A stretch of DNA of 64,000 bases from a virus, in the IMG/VR virus record IMGVR_UViG_3300021137_000006, positions 1 to 64,000 of that record. The stretch is one strand, 5' to 3'. Below the pieces are notes generated by a model. The model searched no databases and had not been told where the DNA came from. It worked only from the letters and a program-made list of their open reading frames with translations. This document shows positions 1-10,829 of the stretch, piece after piece (within the stretch, counting starts at the first letter, position 1; each line of letters starts with the position of its first letter). Both the position numbers and the translations under genes were made by a program.

Positions 1-1
1 A

Positions 2-748
2 ACTACGTTGCACACTAAGTTGGGTGTTACAACCTTATCTGGTAGCAATACAGGTGATCAAACAATCACACTAACTGGTGACGTAACTGGCTCAGGTACC
101 GGTTCGTTTGCAGCTACTCTCGCCAATACAGCAGTAACAGCTGGTTCGTATACTCGTGCAAGCGTTACTGTTAATTCAAAAGGCCTAGTAACAGCTGCAT
201 CGAACGGTCCAGCTATCAATCTGGCCTCTGATGTTACTGGAAATCTTCCAGTGGCCAATCTAGCAAGTGGTACAGGCGCCTCCGCAACGACATTCTTGCG
301 TGGTGATAACACTTGGGCTACTCCAGTTGTTCCAGCTTCAGTCGGCATGGTTTCGCGCAAAGTAACTGCTGTAAGCAATGGCATCACTGGATACATTGTC
401 CTTGTTGGAATGGGAACACAATCAGACATGAATGCAATCACTGCAACGGTGACCGGCGGAAACATGATTACTCTCACCACGGTTCCGGCTAATTTATTCT
501 TAGTCTCGATGTCTGCTCACATTCCGTCTAATTTCAACGCAACTGCAACTTGGAGCTTTGTATATCCAGACGTTTATGGTGGACAGGATTTACTATCAAT
601 CAGCACTCCAGTGTTTGTGGGATACAATGAAGCAGGTGCCGGCCCAGCATCGTCTAATTCATACCTTGCTGTATCGGCTGGTATTATTACTGCAACTCGC
701 TCTGGGTTGGCACTAAATGCTGGTGCTCACCACAAACTATCGCTATAA
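2..748 (+). CDS. Tail fibre-like protein, C-terminal part (5' truncated by window edge)
   Basis: G/T/A/S-rich ORF open from the window edge; motif [18 protein letters not shown] resembles repeats in the neighbouring fibre genes. Confidence 0.6.
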   Translation, partial: TTLHTKLGVTTLSGSNTGDQTITLTGDVTGSGTGSFAATLANTAVTAGSYTRASVTVNSKGLVTAASNGPAINLASDVTGNLPVANLASGTGASATTFLRGDNTWATPVVPASVGMVSRKVTAVSNGITGYIVLVGMGTQSDMNAITATVTGGNMITLTTVPANLFLVSMSAHIPSNFNATATWSFVYPDVYGGQDLLSISTPVFVGYNEAGAGPASSNSYLAVSAGIITATRSGLALNAGAHHKLSL

Positions 749-843
749 GTACCCTCACCCAGTTACTGGGTTTGGCCACTAAATCGTGACGTCTAAATAA
801 AACCATGTAAAAGCATGGTTTTGTTTTATCTAAAGGATTTTAA

Positions 844-2193
844 ATGTCATTAACAGTTTTCCAAGCTGGGATCACACTAACGAGTGTGATCGAAAACGGT
901 AACTACGGTTCGGGTAACTACACGACATCGTTTAATTTCACCGACCACGAGGGCGTATATCTAGGTACTGATGTGCGAGTTGGGGATGCGATTGTGTTAG
1001 ATACTTCCACTATTGATCTCGGAACGCTATCTAGATATACGATTACCTCGATCACGGCTCAGTCATTCGCAGCACTTACTGTCATTATGCAGTTTGATGC
1101 AGACAATGGAGTTCCGTCATCTGACTTATCAGGATACGACTTCACGATCGTTGGATTAATTACCCGAAAGACTCCAAACTACAGTTTACTCAATCTACCA
1201 TCGCTGTTGATCCAGGGGCTAACTGACAAGTTTGCATTCTATCTGATCAACTACATGAACGTTGGTATTGTAGATAATCTCACCTCTGGTGGCGGCGGTG
1301 CTTCAGTTAAACCGGATTGGAATGCACTATCAACAGCTCCTGCAGGTATTCTTAATAAACCTATTTTGGGTACAGCATCTCCGTTGAACGTTCCGGTGAC
1401 TGGAAACGCATCGTCGGTACAGGTAGTTCTAGGTAGCGACACTCGGCTATCAGGTCAAGTTCTCACTAATGGTTCCCCAACGCCAACTACTATTGGCGGA
1501 ATTGCTGCAGGTACAACATTCGCATCAATTCCGGTCGAAACAGTTTTGCAAAATTTGTTATATCCGTACCAAGTTCCTGCATTTTCATCATTTAATCTAT
1601 CTGGTCAGTCGACTCCAATTGAAGTTGGCGCGTCTGTCACCGGTGGATCACATACGTTTACTTGGGCGATCACGAATTCGTCCAATGTTACCGCAAATTC
1701 GATTTCGATCATCGATGCAACAACGTCAGTCACTCTTGCATCCGGACTGCCAAATACCGGAACAGATACACTATCGATGCCATCGGTTACTAATATTGTT
1801 GCAGCGACTCATCAATGGAAAATCCAAGCAGTTAGTACAATCGCTGCGACCTTTTCTACTACCTATTCAGTAACTTGGCAATGGAAGCGGTTTTACGGCG
1901 AAAGCATCAATACTTCACTCTCAGCCGCAGACGTACAAGCGTTGAGAGTTGGAGGATTATCCTCCACATTCGTAGGAACGTACGTATTTATTGCAGGAGG
2001 CTACAAATGGTTAGCGTACCCAACGTCGTTTGGCACAGCGACTTCCTTTAAAGATCAAAGTACGAATTTGGACGTACCGTTCCAAACAGTTCAAACTTTG
2101 AGTATAACAAATGCTAACGGTATCACGACTAATTATAACGTACACAGAACATTGAATGTCATTGGTTCTGCTATGACTATCGTGGTCGCATAA
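844..2193 (+). CDS. Virion structural / tail-associated protein
   Basis: 449 aa, T/S-rich; preceded by TAAATA (794-799) and AAGGA RBS; lies in the fibre cluster. Confidence 0.55.
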   Translation: MSLTVFQAGITLTSVIENGNYGSGNYTTSFNFTDHEGVYLGTDVRVGDAIVLDTSTIDLGTLSRYTITSITAQSFAALTVIMQFDADNGVPSSDLSGYDFTIVGLITRKTPNYSLLNLPSLLIQGLTDKFAFYLINYMNVGIVDNLTSGGGGASVKPDWNALSTAPAGILNKPILGTASPLNVPVTGNASSVQVVLGSDTRLSGQVLTNGSPTPTTIGGIAAGTTFASIPVETVLQNLLYPYQVPAFSSFNLSGQSTPIEVGASVTGGSHTFTWAITNSSNVTANSISIIDATTSVTLASGLPNTGTDTLSMPSVTNIVAATHQWKIQAVSTIAATFSTTYSVTWQWKRFYGESINTSLSAADVQALRVGGLSSTFVGTYVFIAGGYKWLAYPTSFGTATSFKDQSTNLDVPFQTVQTLSITNANGITTNYNVHRTLNVIGSAMTIVVA

Positions 2194-2205
2194 CAGGAAC
2201 AACCG

Positions 2206-3480
2206 ATGGCACTCATTCCAGGCTCAGTACGTGTAGCGGGCTTTATCGCTCCAACAGACTCCACAGACACGTACGCAGTAACAGACGAAACATACAACCG
2301 AGGTGGTTACCGAACAGTTGCTGACATAGCATCTCGTAATGCTATTACTTCCGATCGTCGCAAAGAAGGCATGATGGTCCGGGTTTCCGGAACAGGCGAT
2401 ACCTACATCCTAGTTGGTGGCATCCTAGATGCCAACTGGTCTCTAGTTAGTTTTGGAGGCACCAACAGTCTTCAGGTGCTAGCTATCGCACAAGGCGACA
2501 CTATACCTAACCCAGGCTCTCCTACATTGGTGTGGTCGAGTACGACTGGCACATTGCTGGTATGGAACGGGTCTAGTTGGATCGGAACACTTACTGATCC
2601 GGACTTACAGGCGATCACCAACCTCAATACTACAGGTATTATGGTTCGTACAGGACCAGGCGCTATTGCCACCCGATCCTTAGCAGGCACACCTGGACAA
2701 ATTCAGATTTCTACCGCTGATGGTATATTGTCTGGTCCAACAATTGCACTTACCAACACTGGTATAAATGTTGGTACGTACACGAAGATAACGGTCGATG
2801 CACAAGGTCGAGTAACAGCTGGCGATTCGTTATCTGTTACCGATATCCCGACAAATCTCCTCAACTTATATAAAGAAAACTTCACCACGGGTGGTGTAGC
2901 CAATGCTACTGGCGCTAATTCAGTCGCCATTGGAGATGGGGCTACTGCATCAGGTACAGATTCACTTTCGCTTGGTGCACGGTCATCTGCACAAGCCCCT
3001 AATTCCACTGCTATTGGTGAGTATTCGATCGCTCGTCAACAAGGCGCTGTCATGATGGCCGCTGGCCGCTTCGTTGTAAGTGGGGATGCACAAATTGGCA
3101 ACTACCTACTTAAAGGTGCGACGACATCTAACATACCTCGTCAGCTATACCTCGATGGACCTTCGGGTACCACCCCCCTAATTATTCCTGATAACAGCAC
3201 CTGGACATATAAAATCACAATCACTGCTCATCGCAGTGATGTTAGTGATGGGCACGCAGGGTACTTTATTAAAGGGGTAATATATAGACAGTCGGGGGCC
3301 GGAACGACTACTATGCAAGGAAGTGCCCAGATTGAAATTATTTCTCGAAGTAATCCAAGCTGGAGCATAAATACAAGTGCAGATAACGTGAATGGCTGTC
3401 TAGCCATTACAGTTACCGGCGAAACTGGTAAAACTATTCGTTGGCTAGCCCACGTTGAGACCGTAGAGCTTACGGCTTAA
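2206..3480 (+). CDS. Tail fibre protein with YadA-head-like repeats
   Basis: ANSVAIGDGATASG-type repeats, GTYTKITVDAQGRVT motif; C-terminal domain similar to that of 3517-8673. Confidence 0.65.
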   Translation: MALIPGSVRVAGFIAPTDSTDTYAVTDETYNRGGYRTVADIASRNAITSDRRKEGMMVRVSGTGDTYILVGGILDANWSLVSFGGTNSLQVLAIAQGDTIPNPGSPTLVWSSTTGTLLVWNGSSWIGTLTDPDLQAITNLNTTGIMVRTGPGAIATRSLAGTPGQIQISTADGILSGPTIALTNTGINVGTYTKITVDAQGRVTAGDSLSVTDIPTNLLNLYKENFTTGGVANATGANSVAIGDGATASGTDSLSLGARSSAQAPNSTAIGEYSIARQQGAVMMAAGRFVVSGDAQIGNYLLKGATTSNIPRQLYLDGPSGTTPLIIPDNSTWTYKITITAHRSDVSDGHAGYFIKGVIYRQSGAGTTTMQGSAQIEIISRSNPSWSINTSADNVNGCLAITVTGETGKTIRWLAHVETVELTA

Positions 3481-3516
3481 AGAAAAAATTGTTTTTAATT
3501 TTAAAAGGAAAAAACT

Positions 3517-6500
3517 ATGTTATTTAATCACGACAGTGGCCTGATTCAAAGCATCTTGACCATTGACACCTCCGTTGCTCCAGCCCTAGGTGGCAGCAAC
3601 ACCCTACAAATCATCGGTACTGGTGGTTTGATTTTACCAGTTGGTACTGCGGCACAGCGCCCACAGACTCCAGTTGCTGGTACACAACGTTTCAACTCCG
3701 ATCGTAATCAAGTTGAGTACTACAATGGTACAGCTTGGATCGAAGGTGCTGACGGTACTGTGCAGTCGATTACAGTTACAAGCTCTGATGTTGGTGGTCT
3801 AACCGTTAATGGCGGCGCTACTGCAACAGTTACGACAACTGGCACGTTCGCAATCGCTCTTGATCCAACTCTGGTCAATTTGGCGAAGTCGGTACCTTCA
3901 GCATCTGGTGGTCCAGTTGTTCGTCTAGCTGATGATACATTCATTAGCCGTTCGTTTTATGCTACTGCCCCAGTTACCATTGTAAATGGCGACGGCGTCG
4001 CTGGCGACCCAACGATCAGCGTCAATGCTGAATTGACTGGCTTGTCGACACAATCTGCAGTTGGTTATGTATATCGCACAGGCGCTGGTGCTTACACTGA
4101 GAAAACTCTAGCAGTTTCCGGCGATCTAACGCTAACACTATCTGGTGATACGACAACCTTCGGTTACACTGCATCGGGTGACCTAGCAGCTCTAACTGCA
4201 CTAGGCAACGGTATCGTTGTTAAGACTGGTGTGCATACGTATGCAGCTGGTACAATCGGCGTGTCTGGTACGGAACTATCTATCACTGGTGCTAACACAG
4301 CTACTCCAGTTATCACATACACACCATCCGCAAATGTTGCAGCAGTTAATGCTCTAACAGGCACTGGTTACGTTACTCGTCAAGCTGACGGCTCCCTAGT
4401 CCAACACTCCATCACTGGTACAACAAGCACCACCACTGGTTCTATCGTTGTTACAGACGGCGGCAGCGTAACTGGCACGTCAATCAGCTTCACACCAGGC
4501 GTTGAACTAGCTAAACTAGCTGCAACTGCTGCTCATGGTGTTCTAGTTCGTGATACAACTGGTGCTTACACTGGTCACAATATTGTTGGCGCACACAACA
4601 TCACTGTTACAAACGGTACTGGTGATACTGCTGGTGATATCACAATCGATTACAATGCAGGTGCCAATCTGACTGCTCTAGCTGCTCTAGCTGGTACAGG
4701 TTACCTAGTGCAAACTGCTTCCGGTGCGTTCGTCGAAAATACATTCGCCGTCGGCGCTGGTGTAACTGCTGGTCACCTAACTGTGACTAACGGTTCTGGC
4801 GTTGCTGGTGCTACCTCATTCGACTTCGTCGCAGGTACTGAAATTGCTGGTCTAGCTGCTCTAAGCACACTAGGTCTAGTTGCTCGTACAGCTGCTGGCG
4901 CTTACCTACCGGTCACACTAACTGCTGACGCAGCTTCTGCTACTGGCCAAATCACAGTCACCCATGGCGCTGGCGATGCTAACCCAGTTATCGGCTTCAC
5001 AGCTGGCACTGAAATTGCTGGTCTAGCTGCTCTAGGTACTTCAGGCCTAGTTGTTCGCACTGCTGCTGGCGCTTACACAGGCACTTCCCTAACTGGTTCT
5101 ACTAGCTCTGCTGGTACACTAAGCTGGACAAATGCTTCAGGCGTTACCGGTTCCCCTACTCTAGCGTTCACACCTGCTGCAAACATCGCTGCTCTAGCAA
5201 CAACTGCAGTTACAGGTCTACTATCCCGCGACGGCGCAGGCGCAATCACTGGTAAAACAGTTGTTGGTCAAGGTTCTATCGTTGTATCGTACTCTGGCGA
5301 CAATATCAATATCTCCTACACAGCTGGTGCTAATCTAGGTTCCCTAGACAGCCTATCTGGTCTAGGCTTCGTGATGCAAACAAGTGCACACGGCTTCGAA
5401 GAACGTGTTCTAGCTGGCGTAACTGGTAATACAGTTATCACAAACGCAAACGGCGTAAACGGCAACCCAACGGTTGACTTAGCTCCAGTTACCCAAGCAA
5501 CTTCTGGTACCTTCTCCAAGGTCACACTAGACAGCTTCGGTCGCGTTACAGGCAACACTCCAGTTACAACTGCTGACATCACAGCTCTAGCTGACGCAAC
5601 TTACGTAAATGTAACTGGCGACACAATGACCGGTGCTCTAAGCATGGGTGGGTTTGCAATCACTAACTTGGCTACTCCAACAAACAACACAGACGCTGTT
5701 ACAAAACTATACGTTGACGCGATGTCCACTGGTTTGTCATGGAAACAATCTGTCAAGGCTGCTACAACAGGTAATGTTGCTCTAACTGGTGCTCAACTAG
5801 TTGATGGTGTTACGATGGTTGATGGTGATCGTGTGTTGGTCCGTACTCAGACAAACCTAGCAGAAAACGGTATCTGGATTTACTCCGCTACTGGTGCTTG
5901 GTCACGCGCTGCTGATTTGGATTCTCCACAAGAATCCAAAGCTGCCACAATGTTCGTTGAACAAGGTGCAACTCTAGCTAACTCGGCTTGGACCCAAAAG
6001 GACATCGTTTCCGCAATCGGTTCTTCACCGCTAGAATTCGTTCAGTTCGCTGGTGCAGGTTCTTACTCTGCTGGTACAGGCTTGACTCTAACAGGTAACA
6101 GCTTTGCTATCACTTCTCCAATTGCTACTACCCTAGGTGGTACAGGCTTATCTACAATCGGTACATCCGGTCAAGTTCTAGGCGTTGGTGCATCTGGTAA
6201 CCTAGAGTACAAATCAATCGTAGCTGGTGCAGGCACTACTGTTACAGCAACTGCAGGTCAACTAGCTGTTGCTAACACCGGTGTTCTATCGAATATCGCT
6301 GGTACAGGCATCTCTATCGATGCAACAACTGGTAACAGTACAATCAGCAACACTGGTGTTCTAACTGTCTCGACAGTTGGTACTGGTATTGTTAACACAG
6401 TTGCTCACAATGGTGTTGTAACAATCACAGGTAACGCAGTTGCAACCGCAACCGCAGGCCGTGGTATTACTGCAGTCGTTACCGCAGGCGACATCGCAAT

Positions 6501-8673
6501 CACCAACACTGGTATCCTTTCTGCAACAGCAGCTGGTACAGGCGTGTCGGTATCTACAGACGCATTTGGCGCCTTGACAATCACTGGTTCTGCTACTGCA
6601 GTTCACGCTGGTCTAGGTATCAATGTAACTCAAACTGGTGGTGACGCTACAATCCGGAATACTGGTGTTGTCGTACTAGCCTCTGGTACAGCTTCTCTAG
6701 CAACCGCATTTGATGCAGTTACAGGTACAGCTACAGTCACAAACAACGGTATCACATCAGCAGTCGCTGGTACAGGTATCACAGTAAGCAACTCTGGCGT
6801 TGGTGCAGCTACGATCGCAAATGATGGTGTCCTAACAGTCGCAATCACAGGTTCTGGTATCACAAACTTCGCAGCTGCAAAGGGCGTTCTATCGATCGTT
6901 GGTACAGGCGTTGACACAATCGGTGTAGTTTCGGGCGTATCCGCTTCCATCACTGGTGGCGTTCTAGCAATCGCAAATACGGGCGTAACTGGACTATCGT
7001 CCACCAACACTGGTATCACAGTAAGCACAGCAACTGGTGCAGTTACCCTAACCAACACTGGTGTCCTAGGTCTAACGACAATTGGCGCTGGCGTAGCTGT
7101 AACAGGTACGAATGCAACCGGTCTAGTAATTACCAACACTGGTGTCACATCCAACGTTGCAGGTACAGGTATCCATATCGACAATGCGACTGGCGTAAGC
7201 ACAGTTAGCAACACTGGTGTTCTAAGTGTTACTACAACTGGTGCGGGTCTAACAGCTCTATCAAGCGCAACTGGCGTAGTCTCCTTCAGCAACACTGGTG
7301 TTACATCTACAGTTGCTGGAACTGGTATCACAGTTTCCGACGCAACCGGTGCAGTTACAATCGCTACAACAGCAGTTCTATCAGCTACTGGCGGAACAGG
7401 TATCAGTATCACAGGTACAAACGCAGGCGGCCTAACAGTTGCTAATACAGGCGTTGTAACCCTAGCAGGAACAGCTAATGAAGTAACAGTTGCAAATACT
7501 GGTACTGCATTCACAGTTAGCCTACCAGCTTCTGTAACGATCGACACAGCTCTAACCGTAACTGGTCTAGGTGCTAATAAGACTCTAATCACTGGTGCAG
7601 CCGGTCTAGTGTCTGGTGTTGCTCTAACAAATGGTCAGTTCCTAATTGGTGCAACTGGTGCAGCTCCTGCAGCCGCAACAATCACTGCTGGTACAGGCGT
7701 TACAGTGACTCCTTCTGCAAACGGTCTAACGATTGGCTTGTCAGGCGGTGCTGCTGCTGTAACAAGCGTAACTGGCGCAATTGCAGTTGGCTCTACTGCT
7801 GCTCTAACAGTGACAAACACTGGTACAGCACAAGCTCCTGTGATCACATACGGCGTTGCTGCTGGCCTAGAAAGTCTAACTTCTCTAGCAGCTCAAGCAG
7901 GTCTAGTATCTGTTGATGCAACTGGTACAGTATTCACTGCACGTTCGCTAGTAGCTGGAACAGGCGTAAGTCTATCCAACACAACTGGCAGCGGCGATAT
8001 TACAATCGCTAACACTGGCGTGACTTCTGTTGGTCTAGCTCTACCAAGCATCTTTGGCGTATCTGGTTCACCAGTTACAACGACAGGTACTCTAACAGCT
8101 ACCCTAGCATCACAAGCATCTGCCGTAGTATTCGCTGGTCCAGCAACTGGTTCTAATGCAGCTCCAACGTTCCGTGCTCTAGCATACACCGATCTACCGA
8201 TCGCTCTATATGCTGAAAGCACGACAGCTAAGACAGTTGATCTAACTGCTAACGAAGTGTCTCACGCATCTGGTAACTTTGCAGTTGCTGGTGACGCTGC
8301 TGCAGTAGAAATGGTTCTACGCAACACAACTGCTACCGCTACTCCTACAGAAGCGTTCGTTGACGGTGCCGCACTACGTGCAGCTCTACCAACAAATGGC
8401 ACATGGGTGTTCACAGTGCAAGTGGTTGGTCGCGGTACAGGCGCTGCTTGTGCATATCGTTTCGACGGTATCATCAGCAAAGACAGTGCAAATTCATCCA
8501 CAGCATTCATCGGTGTTCCATCGAAGGCAATTCTAGGTGAAACCACGACGTTGACTGACGCAAACGTCACAGCTGACGCTACAAACGGTGCTCTAGCAGT
8601 TACCGTAACTGGTCTAGCTGCTACTTCAATGAAGTGGGTTGCTACAGTTCGCGCTACGCAAGTTATCGGTTAA
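3517..8673 (+). CDS. Long tail fibre / adhesin-like protein (1718 aa)
   Basis: Many NTGV and AGTGI repeats, PTNNTDAVTKLYVD fibre motif, AAGGA RBS, followed by a strong terminator. Confidence 0.75.
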   Translation: MLFNHDSGLIQSILTIDTSVAPALGGSNTLQIIGTGGLILPVGTAAQRPQTPVAGTQRFNSDRNQVEYYNGTAWIEGADGTVQSITVTSSDVGGLTVNGGATATVTTTGTFAIALDPTLVNLAKSVPSASGGPVVRLADDTFISRSFYATAPVTIVNGDGVAGDPTISVNAELTGLSTQSAVGYVYRTGAGAYTEKTLAVSGDLTLTLSGDTTTFGYTASGDLAALTALGNGIVVKTGVHTYAAGTIGVSGTELSITGANTATPVITYTPSANVAAVNALTGTGYVTRQADGSLVQHSITGTTSTTTGSIVVTDGGSVTGTSISFTPGVELAKLAATAAHGVLVRDTTGAYTGHNIVGAHNITVTNGTGDTAGDITIDYNAGANLTALAALAGTGYLVQTASGAFVENTFAVGAGVTAGHLTVTNGSGVAGATSFDFVAGTEIAGLAALSTLGLVARTAAGAYLPVTLTADAASATGQITVTHGAGDANPVIGFTAGTEIAGLAALGTSGLVVRTAAGAYTGTSLTGSTSSAGTLSWTNASGVTGSPTLAFTPAANIAALATTAVTGLLSRDGAGAITGKTVVGQGSIVVSYSGDNINISYTAGANLGSLDSLSGLGFVMQTSAHGFEERVLAGVTGNTVITNANGVNGNPTVDLAPVTQATSGTFSKVTLDSFGRVTGNTPVTTADITALADATYVNVTGDTMTGALSMGGFAITNLATPTNNTDAVTKLYVDAMSTGLSWKQSVKAATTGNVALTGAQLVDGVTMVDGDRVLVRTQTNLAENGIWIYSATGAWSRAADLDSPQESKAATMFVEQGATLANSAWTQKDIVSAIGSSPLEFVQFAGAGSYSAGTGLTLTGNSFAITSPIATTLGGTGLSTIGTSGQVLGVGASGNLEYKSIVAGAGTTVTATAGQLAVANTGVLSNIAGTGISIDATTGNSTISNTGVLTVSTVGTGIVNTVAHNGVVTITGNAVATATAGRGITAVVTAGDIAITNTGILSATAAGTGVSVSTDAFGALTITGSATAVHAGLGINVTQTGGDATIRNTGVVVLASGTASLATAFDAVTGTATVTNNGITSAVAGTGITVSNSGVGAATIANDGVLTVAITGSGITNFAAAKGVLSIVGTGVDTIGVVSGVSASITGGVLAIANTGVTGLSSTNTGITVSTATGAVTLTNTGVLGLTTIGAGVAVTGTNATGLVITNTGVTSNVAGTGIHIDNATGVSTVSNTGVLSVTTTGAGLTALSSATGVVSFSNTGVTSTVAGTGITVSDATGAVTIATTAVLSATGGTGISITGTNAGGLTVANTGVVTLAGTANEVTVANTGTAFTVSLPASVTIDTALTVTGLGANKTLITGAAGLVSGVALTNGQFLIGATGAAPAAATITAGTGVTVTPSANGLTIGLSGGAAAVTSVTGAIAVGSTAALTVTNTGTAQAPVITYGVAAGLESLTSLAAQAGLVSVDATGTVFTARSLVAGTGVSLSNTTGSGDITIANTGVTSVGLALPSIFGVSGSPVTTTGTLTATLASQASAVVFAGPATGSNAAPTFRALAYTDLPIALYAESTTAKTVDLTANEVSHASGNFAVAGDAAAVEMVLRNTTATATPTEAFVDGAALRAALPTNGTWVFTVQVVGRGTGAACAYRFDGIISKDSANSSTAFIGVPSKAILGETTTLTDANVTADATNGALAVTVTGLAATSMKWVATVRATQVIG

Positions 8674-8694
8674 TTGTTAATCTAACTTCTCTAC

Positions 8695-8720
8695 AAAGGG
8701 GCCCTTCGGGGCCCCTTTTT
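8695..8720 (+). terminator. Rho-independent terminator
   Basis: AAAGGGGCCC-TTCG-GGGCCCCTTTTT. Confidence 0.9.
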
Positions 8721-8888
8721 GTTTCTTAAACTGGTACTGCACGTATCAATCCACCTTGTTGTAGATTACCACAACTCTATCCAGACGCTCCCGTACAATC
8801 TGTTGTTTGGTATACGGAATCGGTAAACATATTCGCTTGTATATTTTGTTACCCTTATAAATAAAGCTAGACTAGCACCGTACGTGTA

Positions 8889-9305
8889 ATGAATACAATA
8901 AAGACTCGGTTGGCAGACATCTTAATGCTGTCACTACGCCCAACTCAACTAATGCTCAGCGCATTCGCCGTTATGATGTTAGTAGCCATCCTATTTCAAC
9001 ATGCAATTCCGGGGATAGCGTACGTACCTTCTGTCAGTTCATATTGGGCCGTTGGACTTTTCGGATTATACGGCGCATTAAGTGCGTATTGTGGGTTTGC
9101 TGTAACTCGATCGCCTAGATGCGTTACTGTCCGGTATGGATCATCGTTTCTTGGAGTGGTGTTGTGGTCGCTTGTTTTCGCAGCAGAACTGGCAAACCAT
9201 GATTCGGATTCGATGATCGCTTATTTAATGCCTATATGTATAGAAGCTATGGTGATAGCTCAACTTACAGCTAAAGTGCGCGAACAAGATCGGCGGGCTC
9301 TATGA
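8889..9305 (+). CDS. Multi-pass membrane protein (holin-like candidate)
   Basis: About four hydrophobic segments; TATAAATA late promoter at 8856-8863. Confidence 0.45.
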   Translation: MNTIKTRLADILMLSLRPTQLMLSAFAVMMLVAILFQHAIPGIAYVPSVSSYWAVGLFGLYGALSAYCGFAVTRSPRCVTVRYGSSFLGVVLWSLVFAAELANHDSDSMIAYLMPICIEAMVIAQLTAKVREQDRRAL

Positions 9306-9682
9306 CTGAAAACGATCTAGTCACGTACGCATCTGGTACAGTTGCGGCGGTCGGCGGAGTAGTGTTCGGTCTACAAAAAATCATAAAGATGTGGTCGAGT
9401 GATAAGAAGGATATCTACAAGAACAGTGTCGAGACTGATCTGTTTCAGCGACTAAGTGACGAAACTAAACGATTGCACGAACAAAATATCAATTTATCCA
9501 AGACGATTGAACACCTTCGTGAGGAGCTTGGTAAGTTGCATGAAGAAATTACGATATTGCGTATCGAAAACACGACATTACGCAGAGAGATTAGTGCACT
9601 ACATGATGAGCTTGGTGAAATTAGAAGCGATCAAAAAAATTCGCGCATTCCGCCAACTGCACCAATGAACGTTCAGTTGTAA
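9302..9682 (+). CDS. Membrane-anchored coiled-coil protein
   Basis: N-terminal hydrophobic helix then heptad pattern; ATGA overlap with the upstream gene. Confidence 0.5.
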   Translation: MTENDLVTYASGTVAAVGGVVFGLQKIIKMWSSDKKDIYKNSVETDLFQRLSDETKRLHEQNINLSKTIEHLREELGKLHEEITILRIENTTLRREISALHDELGEIRSDQKNSRIPPTAPMNVQL

Positions 9683-9743
9683 CATTCCCCTAAATTAACA
9701 GCAAATTCAGTGTAGTAAATACCCTACATTCTTTGCTGTTACC

Positions 9744-10592
9744 ATGGAATACCAAAACCCACTCTTACGCACTCTTCGTCTCCCTGGTGAAACTGTTACC
9801 CTACCGAGCAAGGCGCTATTCTACGCAAATGGTGAAGTAGCTCCAAATGTTGTTGCCACTGGTGGTGAAATCTACGTTCAACCGATGACGTCGTACGAAG
9901 AGATCTTGATGAAGACCCCAGACCTGTTATTCACGGGTCAGGCAATTGTCCAGACGTTTGCAAATTGCATTCCACAAATCTATAACCCGCTTGAATTGCT
10001 TGCCGCTGACGTCGATTTTCTACTGATTGTGCTACGTAAAATTTCACTCGGCGCCCAGTTGGCTATAACATATCACCACAATTGCGAAAACGCGGCAACC
10101 CATGACTATATGATTGATATTGCTCAGTTCGTTAGACAGGCGAAATATGTTGATCCGTCGACTGTTCTTAATTCGTTCGTTCATACGTTGCCAAACGGTC
10201 AAGAGGTGCACCTTCGCCCCTTCCGATTGAAGAATGTTCTCGAACTTTCGCAACTCGCTGTTAATGAACCGCACGGCGCCGACGTTTCTTCGATGGAAGA
10301 GATTGATTTCGTAACGAGGTTGCTAACAGCAGGGACCCTACCAACCATTGAGTACGTCATCGCAGACGGAGAACGAGTGGATGATCCTCAGTTCGTGGAA
10401 GAATGGATCAAGGCACTACCTGGATTGTGGCTTAAGGAACTCGCAACTGTAATCGAGAGTGCTAATAAATGGGGTGTGGATCCAGCTGCACCGATAGTTT
10501 GCAAAGACTGTGGAGTTGAGTTATCGGTACAAATTCCATTGAATCCTCAGAATTTTTTTACACTACCCTCCGATCAGGAAATCCTGAACTAA
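9744..10592 (+). CDS. T4 gp26-like baseplate hub / tail assembly protein
   Basis: LPS...PMTSYEEILM, DVDFLLIVLRKISLG and C-terminal CKDCG motifs; sits upstream of the tape measure gene. Confidence 0.7.
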   Translation: MEYQNPLLRTLRLPGETVTLPSKALFYANGEVAPNVVATGGEIYVQPMTSYEEILMKTPDLLFTGQAIVQTFANCIPQIYNPLELLAADVDFLLIVLRKISLGAQLAITYHHNCENAATHDYMIDIAQFVRQAKYVDPSTVLNSFVHTLPNGQEVHLRPFRLKNVLELSQLAVNEPHGADVSSMEEIDFVTRLLTAGTLPTIEYVIADGERVDDPQFVEEWIKALPGLWLKELATVIESANKWGVDPAAPIVCKDCGVELSVQIPLNPQNFFTLPSDQEILN

Positions 10593-10789
10593 TCTCTGAG
10601 TTGTTCAAGGGGTTGGAGGGAGAGGTAGAAGCGTTGTTAAAAGAAATAATCGAACTTACGTATTTTATGCGGGGGGCGATTACGTATGATCAGATGATGA
10701 CTCGTACGCACTTGGAGCGTAAGATGATAAGTGAGTTTTTATCTACGCGACTTGAAGCAGAATCTGCAAAAATGAATCCGAACTATTAA
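10553..10789 (+). CDS. gp51-like small tail assembly protein, probably reached by -1 frameshift from the upstream gene
   Basis: No ATG at its 5' end (TTG at 10601); the frame is open from the T7 run at 10553-10559; IIELTYFMRGAITYDQ...ER motif. Confidence 0.55.
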   Translation, partial: FFYTTLRSGNPELISELFKGLEGEVEALLKEIIELTYFMRGAITYDQMMTRTHLERKMISEFLSTRLEAESAKMNPNY

Positions 10790-10829
10790 CTGGGTGTGCT
10801 AAATACCTGTTACTCACCAATCTCACTAA

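Noticed and set aside
6630-7592. 320-aa minus-strand ORF and similar antisense ORFs in the fibre genes
   Set aside because: These are shadows of the biased codon pattern on the sense strand; I saw no RBS or recognisable motifs.
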